From assembly GCF_009914755.1 (NCBI RefSeq), contig NC_060940.1: a DNA stretch of 64,000 nt, one strand, 5' to 3'. The notes under the pieces were generated by a model, which saw only the letters and a program-made list of their open reading frames with translations, had not been told where the DNA came from and did not search any database. Each line of letters opens with the position of its first letter. The stretch's first letter is position 1. Below are positions 1-11,827 of the stretch, piece after piece. The translations under genes and the position numbers were made by a program. This DNA is from the human T2T-CHM13v2.0 reference genome, Homo sapiens.

Positions 1-3000
1 TCCGTACGATTCCATTCTGTGATGATTCCATGTGATTGCATTCAATGATGATTCCTTTCGATTGCATTCGATTATGATTCATTTCGTGTTCATTCTATGG
101 TTCCACAGGTTTCCATTCGTGTCCATTCCATTATTCCATTCTATTCCATTTGATGATGATTCCATTCGATTCCATTCATTGGTGATTCCACTCAATTCCA
201 TTCAATGATTCCATTCCATTTCTTTCAACAATGATTCCATTACTTTCTAATCGATGATCCACTTGATTCCATTTGACGACGATTCCATTCTTGTCCATTC
301 GATGATTCCATTTGATTCCATATGATGATGATTCCATTCGATTCCATACCATGATGATTCCATTCGAGTCCATTCAATGGTGATTCCATTCAATTCCATT
401 CGATGATTCCTTTTGATTCCATTCGATGATGATGGCATTCGATTCCTTTCAATCATTCCCTTTGATTCCATTCAAAGGTGATTTCATTCAAGTCCATTCG
501 ATAATTGCATTCGATTCCATTCTATGATGATTCCATTCGAGTCCATTTGATGATTCCATTCAATTCAAGTCAATGATGATTCCATTCGATTCCATTCGAT
601 GATTCCATTGGATTCCATTCGATGATGATTCCATTCAAATCCATTCGATAATTCAATTCAAGTCCATTCGATGATGATTCCAATCGAATCCATTCAAAGA
701 TTCCATTCAGTTCCATTCGATGATTCCCTTAGATTCCATTCGATGATTCCACTTGATTGCATTTACGATGATTCCATTCGATTCCATGTGATGATTCCAT
801 TCAATTCTATTCAATGATGTCTCCATTTGATTCCATTCGACCATGATTGCCTTTGATTCCATTCAATGATTCCATTCGGTTCCGTTTGATGATGATTCCG
901 TTCGATTCCATTTGATGATTCCATTTGATTCCATTGGATGAGTCCATTCGATTACATTCGATGATTATTCCATTCGAGTGCATTAGATGATTCCATTCGA
1001 GTCCATTCGATGATTCCATTCGATTCCATTCGATGTTGATTCTGTTCAAATCCATTCGATGATTCCACTCGATTCCATTCGTTGACTCCATTTGATCCCA
1101 TTCGATGATTTCCTTTGATTCCCTTTGATGATCATTCCATTTGATTCAATTCGGTGATTTCATTTGATTCCATTCAGTGATGTTTCCATTCGACTCCATT
1201 CGATGATGATTCCATTCGACTCCATTCGATTATGATTTCATTCAATTCCATTCGATAATGATTCCCTTCGAGTCCATTCGATGATTCCATTCGATTCCAT
1301 TCAACGATGATTTGATTCGTGTCCATTCGATGATTCCATTTGATTCCACTTGATGATGATTCCATTCGAGTCCATTTGATGATTCCATTCAATTCCATAC
1401 TCCGATGATTTCTTTTGAGCCCACTCAATGCTTCCACTCGATTCCATATGATGATGACTCCATTCGATGAAATTCGATGATGATTCCATTCGCTTGCTTT
1501 CGATGATGATTCCACTTGAGTCCGTTAGAAGATTCTATTCAATTACATTCCAGGACGATTCCGTTCGAGTCCATTTGATGATTCCATTAGACTCCATTCG
1601 ACGATGATTCCATTCGATGTTATTCGATGATTCCATTCGATCTCATTCGATGATGATTCCATTCAACTCCATTCGATGTTTCCATTCGAGTTCATTCTAT
1701 TATTCCATTAGATTCCATTCGATGATGATTCCATTCGATTCCATTTGATGATTGCATTCTATTTCATTTGATGATGATTCCATTCGAGTCCACTCGATGA
1801 TTCCATTCGAGTCCATTTAATGAATCCATTGGTTTCAATTCTATGATGATTACACTGGATTCCATTCGTTGATGATTTCATTCGGTTCCATTCCATGATG
1901 ATTCCATTCCTTTCCATTCAATGATTCCATTCGATTCCGTTTGATGATGATTTCATTCGAGTCCATTTGATGATTCCATTTGATTTCTTTCGATGATGAT
2001 TCCATTCGAGTCCATTCGATGATTCTATTCGAATCCATTTGATGATTTCTTTTGATTATATTTGGTGATGATTCCATTGGAGTCCATTCAATGATTCCAT
2101 TCTATTCCAATCGATGATGATTCCATTAGAGTCCAGTTAATGATTCCATTTGATTCCAGTCTCTGATGATTACATTCGAGTCCATACGATGATTCCACTC
2201 AATTCCATATGATGATGATTCCATTTGATTCCATTCGGTGATTCCATTCTATTCTATTCAATGGTGATTCCATTCGAGTACATTAGATGATTCCATTCGA
2301 TTCCATTCAATGATGATTCTATTTGTGTCCCTTAGATGATTCCACATGATTCCATTAGATGATGATACTATTTGAGCCCATCCAATGATTCCCTTCGATT
2401 CCATTCGATGAGGATTCCATTCGATTCAATTCATTGGTGATTCTATTCAATTCAATTCTTTGATTCCATTCCATTCCATTCGACAATGATTCCATTCGAT
2501 TTCTTTCGATGATTCCACTCGATTCCACTTGACATTGATTCCATTCGATTCCATTCAATGATTCCATTTGATTCCAGTGGATGATGATTGCCATCGATTC
2601 CATTCGATCACTCCATTCTATTCCATTTGATGATGATTACATTCGATTCCATTTGATGATTCCATCTGATTCTATTCGAGGATTCCATTTGATTCCATTC
2701 GATGATGATTCCATTCGAGTCCATTCGATGATTTCATTCGAGTACATCCAATGATTCCATTCGAGTCCATTAGATGATTCCATTTGATTCCATTTGAAAA
2801 TGATTCTACTAGAGTCCATTCAATGACTCCATTCGAGTCCATTCAACAATTCCATTCGACTCCATTCGATGATTCCATTCGATTCCATTTGATGGTTCCA
2901 TTCGAGTCCATTTAATCATTACAGTCGAGTCCATTTGGTGATTCCACTGGATTTCTTTTGATAATGATACCATTCAATTACATTTGATGATGATCCCATT

Positions 3001-5715
3001 CAATTTCATTTGATGATGATTCCATTAGAGTCCATTCGATGATTTCATTCGAGTCCCTTCATTGATTCCATCCGATTTCATTGGATGATGACTCCATTCG
3101 AGTCCATTCGATGATTCCACTCGATTCCATTAGATGACTTCATTGGAGTCCATTTGATTGTTCCATTCGATTCCATTTGATTCCTTTCGAAGATTATTCC
3201 ATTTGAGTCCATTCGATGATGATTCCATTCCATTCCATTCCATGATTCCGTTTGATTCCATTCGATGATTCCCTTCGATTCCTTTCTTTGATGATTCCAT
3301 TCCATTCCATTCAATGATTCCATTCGAATCTATTCCATGATGATTCCTTTCGATTCCATTCGCTGATGTTTCCGTTCAATTCCATTCGATGATGATTCCA
3401 TTCGATTCCATTCATTGAGGATTCCATTTGATTCCATTCAATGATGATTCCATTCTATTCCATTCAATGATTGCATTCAATTCCATTCAATGATTATCCC
3501 ATTAGAGTAAACTCAACGATTCCATTCAATATCATTCGATGATGATTCCTTTTGAGTCCATTCAATGATTTCATTCAAGTCCATTTGATGATTCCTTTCA
3601 ATTCCATTCTATGATGATTCCATTCGAGTCCATTCGATGATTCCATTCGATTGCATTCGATGATTCCATTATATTCCATTCAACGATGATTCCATTCGAG
3701 TCCATTCCATGATTCCATTAGAGTACATTTAATGATTGCTTTGTTTTCAATTCGAAGATGATTACATTGGATTCCATTCTATGATACCATTCGATTCCAT
3801 TCAATGATGATTCCACTCAAATCCATTGGATGATTCCATTCGTGTCCATTCGGTGATTTCATTAGATTCCATTCGAGGATGATTCCATTCGATTCCATTC
3901 GATGATGATTCCATTCCAGTCCATATGATCATTCCATTTGATTTCATTCGATGATGATTCCATTCGATTCCATTCGACGATTTCATTCTATTCCATTCAA
4001 TGATGATTCCATTCGAGTCCATTCGATGATTCCATTCGAGTCCATTTAATGATTCCATTGGGTTCAATTCAATGATGATTACATTGGATTCCGTTCTATG
4101 ATTCCATTCAATTCCGTTCATTGACAATTTGATTCCATTCGATGATGATTCCATTTGAGTTCATTCGATGATTCTATTCGATTCTCTTCGATGGTGATTC
4201 AATTCTATTATATTGGATGATTCCATTCGATTCCATTTGATGTTGATTCAATTCGATTCTATTCGATGATGATTCCATTGGATTTCACTTGATGATTCTA
4301 TTCGATTCCATTCAATGATGATTCACTTCTCGTCCATTGGATGATTCCATTTCATTCCATTCGATGATGATTCCATTCGATTCCATTCGATGATTCCATT
4401 TGATTCCATGCGACGGTGAGCAATTCGATTCAATTCCATGATGATTCTATTTGATTCAATTAGATGATGTTTCCATTCGAATCCATTCCATGATTATTCC
4501 ATTGGAATCCATTCGGCGATGATTCCATATGAGTCAATTCAATGATGATTCCATATGGGTCCGTTCGATGATAATTCCATTTGATTTCATTCGATGCTTC
4601 TATTCTATTCCAGTCGATGATGATTCCGTTGGAGTCCATACGATGATTCCATTTGATTTCATTTGATGATGATTCCATTCGATGATGATTACATTGGATT
4701 CCATTCTATGATTCCATTCAATTCCATTCGTTGATGATTCGATTCCATTCAATGATGATTCCATTTGAGTTCATTCGATGATTCTATTCGATTCCGTTCG
4801 ATGGTGATTCAATTCTATTATATTGGATGATTCCACTCGATTCCATTTGATGATTATTCCATTGGAGTCCACTTAGTGAATCCTTTAGATTCTACTCGAC
4901 GATGATTCCATTCGAGTCCATTCGATGATACCATTCAATTCCATTCGTTGATGCTTCCATTCAAGTGCATTCGATGATATCATTCGATTCCATTTGATGA
5001 TAATTCCATTTGATTCCATGCGATGATTCTATTCGATTCCATTCAATGATAATTCCATTCAATTCAGTGATTCCTCTGGACTCCATTTGATGATGATTCC
5101 ATTCAATGATTCCATTCGATTCTATTCGAAAATGATTCCATTTGAATCCATTTGATGATGATTCCATTAGATTCCATTTGATGATTCCATTCGATTCCAT
5201 TCGACGATGATTCCATTCGATTCCGTTTGATGATTCCATTCTATTCTATTCGATGATGATTCCATTCGATTCCATTCGATGATGATTGGATTCGATTCCA
5301 TTTGATGATTTCATTTGATTCCATTCGTTAATGATTTCGATCAATTCCATTCGATGATTCCATTCGATTCCATTCGATAATGATTACATCCGAGTCCATT
5401 CGATGATTCCCTTTGAGCCTGTTCGATAATTCCATTTGAGTCCAACCAATGATTCCATTCATTTCCATTCAATGATTCCATTCGAGTCCATTTGATCATT
5501 CCGGTAGGGTCCATTCGATGTTGATTCCATTGGAGTGCATTCGATGATTCCATTCGAGTCCATTTTAGGATTTGATTCGAGTCCTTTCGATGATTCCATT
5601 CGATTCCACTCGATGATGATTTCATTCGAGTCCATTCGACACTTCCAATCGATTCCATTTGATGATTCCATTCGAGTCCAATTGATGATTCCATTCAATT
5701 CCATTCGATGATGAT
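1..5715 (+). repeat. Macro-unit 1 (5715 bp; A-type with 374 bp and 23 bp deletions)
   Basis: Phase set arbitrarily at the landmark TCCGTACGA (positions 1 and 5716). ORF offsets to unit 2 step from 5715 to 6089 to 6112. Confidence 0.92.
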
Positions 5716-8700
5716 TCCGTACGATTCCATTCTGTGATGATTCCATGTGATTGCATTCAATGATGATTCCTTTCGATTGCATTCGATTATGATTCATTTC
5801 GTGTTCATTCTATGGTTCCACAGGTTTCCATTCGTGTCCATTCCATTATTCCATTCTATTCCATTTGATGATGATTCCATTCGATTCCATTCATTGGTGA
5901 TTCCACTCAATTCCATTCAATGATTCCATTCCATTTCTTTCAACAATGATTCCATTAGTTTCTAATCGATGATCCACTTGATTCCATTTGACGACGATTC
6001 CATTCTTGTCCATTCGATGATTCCATTTGATTCCATATGATGATGATTCCATTCGATTCCATACCATGATGATTCCATTCGAGTCCATTCAATGGTGATT
6101 CCATTCAATTCCATTCGATGATTCCTTTTGATTCCATTCGATGATGATGGCATTCGATTCCTTTCAATCATTCCCTTTGATTCCATTCAAAGGTGATTTC
6201 ATTCAAGTCCATTCGATAATTGCATTCGATTCCATTCTATGATGATTCCATTCGAGTCCATTTGATGATTCCATTCAATTCAAGTCAATGATGATTCCAT
6301 TCGATTCCATTCGATGATTCCATTGGATTCCATTCGATGATGATTCCATTCAAATCCATTCGATAATTCAATTCAAGTCCATTCGATGATGATTCCAATC
6401 GAATCCATTCAAAGATTCCATTCAGTTCCATTCGATGATTCCCTTAGATTCCATTCGATGATTCCACTTGATTGCATTTACGATGATTCCATTCGATTCC
6501 ATGTGATGATTCCATTCAATTCTATTCAATGATGTCTCCATTTGATTCCATTCGACCATGATTGCCTTTGATTCCATTCAATGATTCCATTCGGTTCCGT
6601 TTGATGATGATTCCGTTCGATTCCATTTGATGATTCCATTTGATTCCATTGGATGAGTCCATTCGATTACATTCGATGATTATTCCATTCGAGTGCATTA
6701 GATGATTCCATTCGAGTCCATTCGATGATTCCATTCGATTCCATTCGATGTTGATTCTGTTCAAATCCATTCGATGATTCCACTCGATTCCATTCGTTGA
6801 CTCCATTTGATCCCATTCGATGATTTCCTTTGATTCCCTTTGATGATCATTCCATTTGATTCAATTCGGTGATTTCATTTGATTCCATTCAGTGATGTTT
6901 CCATTCGACTCCATTCGATGATGATTCCATTCGACTCCATTCGATTATGATTTCATTCAATTCCATTCGATAATGATTCCCTTCGAGTCCATTCGATGAT
7001 TCCATTCGATTCCATTCAACGATGATTTGATTCGTGTCCATTCGATGATTCCATTTGATTCCACTTGATGATGATTCCATTCGAGTCCATTTGATGATTC
7101 CATTCAATTCCATACTCCGATGATTTCTTTTGAGCCCACTCAATGCTTCCACTCGATTCCATATGATGATGACTCCATTCGATGAAATTCGATGATGATT
7201 CCATTCGCTTGCTTTCGATGATGATTCCACTTGAGTCCGTTAGAAGATTCTATTCAATTACATTCCATGACGATTCCGTTCGAGTCCATTTGATGATTCC
7301 ATTAGACTCCATTCGACGATGATTCCATTCGATGTTATTTGATGATTCCATTCGATCTCATTCGATGATGATTCCATTCAACTCCATTCGATGTTTCCAT
7401 TCGAGTTCATTCTATTATTCCATTAGATTCCATTCGATGATGATTCCATTCGATTCCATTTGATGATTGCATTCTATTTCATTTGATGATGATTCCATTC
7501 GAGTCCACTCGATGATTCCATTCGAGTCCATTTAATGAATCCATTGGTTTCAATTCTATGATGATTACATTGGATTCCATTCGTTGATGATTTCATTCGG
7601 TTCCATTCAATGATGATTCCATTCAATTCCTTTCAATGTTTCAATTCAATTCCATACGATGATGATTCCATTTGATTTGATTCGACAGTGAGCCATTCGA
7701 TTCAATTCCATGATGGTTCTATTTGATTCAATTGGTTGACATTTCCATTCGATTCCATTCGATGATGATTCCCTTTGATTCCGTTCAAAGATGATTCCAT
7801 TCTAGCCCATTCAATCATTCCATTCGATTCTATTCAATGATGATTCCATTCATGTCGATTTGGTGATTCCATTTGACTTCATTTGATGATGATTCCTTTC
7901 AAGTTCATTAGATGATTCCATTCGATTCCATTTGATGATGATCCCATTCGAGTCCATTCAGTGATTCCATTCGTTTCTATTCCATGATGATTCCATTCCT
8001 TTCCATTCAATGATTCCATTCGATTCCGTTTGATGATGATTTCATTCGAGTCCATTTGATGATTCCATTTGATTCCATTCGATGATGATTCCATTCGAGT
8101 CCATTCGATGATTCTATTCGAATCCATTTGATGATTTCTTTTGATTATATTTGGTGATGATTCCATTGGAGTCCATTCAATGATTCCATTCTATTCCAAT
8201 CGATGATGATTCCATTAGAGTCCATTTAATGATTCCATTTGATTCCAGTCTCTGATGATTACATTCGAGTCCATACGATGATTCCACTCAATTCCATATG
8301 ATGATGATTCCATTTGATTCCATTCGGTGATTCCATTCTATTCTATTCAATGGTGATTCCATTCGAGTACATTAGATGATTCCATTCGATTCCATTCAAT
8401 GATGATTCTATTTGTGTCCCTTAGATGATTCCACATGATTCCATTAGATGATGATACTATTTGAGCCCATCCAATGATTCCCTTCGATTCCATTCGATGA
8501 GGATTCCATTCGATTCAATTCATTGGTGATTCTATTCAATTCAATTCTTTGATTCCATTCCATTCCATTCGACAATGATTCCATTCGATTTCTTTCGATG
8601 ATTCCACTCGATTCCACTTGACATTGATTCCATTCGATTCCATTCAATGATTCCATTTGATTCCAGTGGATGATGATTGCCATCGATTCCATTCGATCAC

Positions 8701-11700
8701 TCCATTCTATTCCATTTGATGATGATTACATTCGATTCCATTTGATGATTCCATCTGATTCTATTCGAGGATTCCATTTGATTCCATTCGATGATGATTC
8801 CATTCGAGTCCATTCGATGATTTCATTCGAGTACATCCAATGATTCCATTCGAGTCCATTAGATGATTCCATTTGATTCCATTTGAAAATGATTCTACTA
8901 GAGTCCATTCAATGACTCCATTCGAGTCCATTCAACAATTCCATTCGACTCCATTCGATGATTCCATTCGATTCCATTTGATGGTTCCATTCGAGTCCAT
9001 TTAATCATTACAGTCGAGTCCATTTGGTGATTCCACTGGATTTCTTTTGATAATGATACCATTCAATTACATTTGATGATGATCCCATTCAATTTCATTT
9101 GATGATGATTCCATTAGAGTCCATTCGATGATTTCATTCGAGTCCCTTCATTGATTCCATCCAATTTCATTGGATGATGACTCCATTCGAGTCCATTCGA
9201 TGATTCCACTCGATTCCATTAGATGACTCCATTGGAGTCCATTTGATTGTTCCATTCGATTCCATTTGATTCCTTTCGAAGATTATTCCATTTGAGTCCA
9301 TTCGATGATGATTCCATTCCATTCCATTCGATGATTCCGTTTGATTCCATTCGATGATTCCCTTCGATTCCTTTCTTTGATGATTCCATTCCATTCCATT
9401 CAATGATTCCATTCGAATCTATTCCATGATGATTCCTTTCGATTCCATTCGCTGATGTTTCCGTTCAATTCCATTCGATGATGATTCCATTCGATTCCAT
9501 TCATTGAGGATTCCATTTGATTCCATTCAATGATGATTCCATTCTATTCCATTCAATGATTGCATTCAATTCCATTCAATGATTATCCCATTAGAGTAAA
9601 CTCAACGATTCCATTCAATACCATTCGATGATGATTCCTTTTGAGTCCATTCAATGATTTCATTCAAGTCCATTTGATGATTCCTTTCAATTCCATTCTA
9701 TGATGATTCCATTCGAGTCCATTCGATGATTCCATTCGATTGCATTCGATGATTCCATTATATTCCAGTCAACGATGATTCCATTCGAGTCCATTCGATG
9801 ATTCCATTAGAGTACATTTAATGATTGCTTTGTTTTCAATTCGAAGATGATTACATTGGATTCCATTCTATGATACCATTCGATTCCATTCAATGATGAT
9901 TCCACTCAAATCCATTGGATGATTCCATTCGTGTCCATTCGGTGATTTCATTAGATTCCATTCGAGGATGATTCCATTCGATTCCATTCGATGATTCCAT
10001 TCAATTCCATTCGATGATGATTCCATTCCATTCCATATGATCATTCCATTTGATTTCATTCGATGATGATTCCATTCAATTCGATTCGACGATTCCATTC
10101 TATTCCATTCGATGATGATTCCATTCGAGTCCATTCGATGATTCCATTCGAGTCCATTTAATGATTCCATTGGGTTCAATTCAATGATGATTACATTGGA
10201 TTCCATTCTATGATTCCATTCAATTCCGTTCATTGACAATTTGATTCCATTCGATGATGATTCCATTTGAGTTCATTCTATGATTCTATTCGATTCTCTT
10301 CGATGGTGATTCAATTCTATTATATTGGATGATTCCATTCGATTCCATTTGATGTTGATTCAATTCGATTCTATTCGATGATGATTCCATTGGATTTCAC
10401 TTGATGATTCTATTCGATTCCATTCAATGATGATTCACTTCTCGTCCATTGGATGATTCCATTTCATTCCATTCGATGATGATTCCATTCGATTCCATTC
10501 GATGATTCCATTTGATTCCATGCGACGGTGAGCAATTCGATTCAATTCCATGATGATTCTATTTGATTCAATTAGATGATGTTTCCATTCGAATCCATTC
10601 CATGATTATTCCATTGGAATCCATTCGGCGATGATTCCATATGAGTCAATTCAATGATGATTCCATATGGGTCCGTTCGATGATAATTCCATTTGATTTC
10701 ATTCGATGCTTCTATTCTATTCCAGTCGATGATGATTCCGTTGGAGTCCATACGATGATTCCATTTGATTTCATTTGATGATGATTCCATTCGATGATGA
10801 TTACATTGGATTCCATTCTATGATTCCATTCAATTCCATTCGTTGATGATTCGATTCCATTCAATGATGATTCCATTTGAGTTCATTCGATGATTCTATT
10901 CGATTCCGTTCGATGGTGATTCAATTCTATTATATTGGATGATTCCACTCGATTCCATTTGATGATTATTCCATTGGAGTCCACTTAGTGAATCCTTTAG
11001 ATTCTACTCGACGATGATTCCATTCGAGTCCATTCGATGATACCATTCAATTCCATTCGTTGATGCTTCCATTCAAGTGCATTCGATGATATCATTCGAT
11101 TCCATTTGATGATAATTCCATTTGATTCCATGCGATGATTCTATTCGATTCCATTCAATGATAATTCCATTCAATTCAGTGATTCCTCTGGACTCCATTT
11201 GATGATGATTCCATTCAATGATTCCATTCGATTCTATTCGAAAATGATTCCATTTGAATCCATTTGATGATGATTCCATTAGATTCCATTTGATGATTCC
11301 ATTCGATTCCATTCGACGATGATTCCATTCGATTCCGTTTGATGATTCCATTCTATTCTATTCGATGATGATTCCATTCGATTCCATTCGATGATGATTG
11401 GATTCGATTCCATTTGATGATTTCATTTGATTCCATTCGTTAATGATTTCGATCAATTCCATTCGATGATTCCATTCGATTCCATTCGATAATGATTACA
11501 TCCGAGTCCATTCGATGATTCCCTTTGAGCCTGTTCGATAATTCCATTTGAGTCCAACCAATGATTCCATTCATTTCCATTCAATGATTCCATTCGAGTC
11601 CATTTGATCATTCCGGTAGGGTCCATTCGATGTTGATTCCATTGGAGTGCATTCGATGATTCCATTCGAGTCCATTTTAGGATTTGATTCGAGTCCTTTC

Positions 11701-11827
11701 GATGATTCCATTCGATTCCACTCGATGATGATTTCATTCGAGTCCATTCGACACTTCCAATCGATTCCATTTGATGATTCCATTCGAGTCCAATTGATGA
11801 TTCCATTCAATTCCATTCGATGATGAT
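5716..11827 (+). repeat. Macro-unit 2 (6112 bp, A-type)
   Basis: CCGGTAGGG landmark 5501 to 11613; ORF 5891 to 12003. Confidence 0.93.
10184..10964 (+). repeat. Internal ~170 bp direct repeat pair within the macro-unit (about 10184-10354 and 10794-10964, 610 bp spacing; present in every complete unit)
   Basis: Both copies read ATGATGATTACATTGGATTCC...TTTGAGTTCATTC...GATGGTGATTCAATTCTATTATATTGGATGATTCCA with scattered mismatches. Confidence 0.88.

Noticed and set aside
3224-3312. Short (CATTC)n runs suggesting HSat3 or TEAD-type CATTCC clusters
   Set aside because: Only about 3 consecutive pentamers in an HSat2 context; too short and sparse to call HSat3 or a regulatory cluster.
4201-4216. 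TATTATAT as a TATA-like promoter element
   Set aside because: A degenerate satellite motif with no promoter context supportable from sequence alone.
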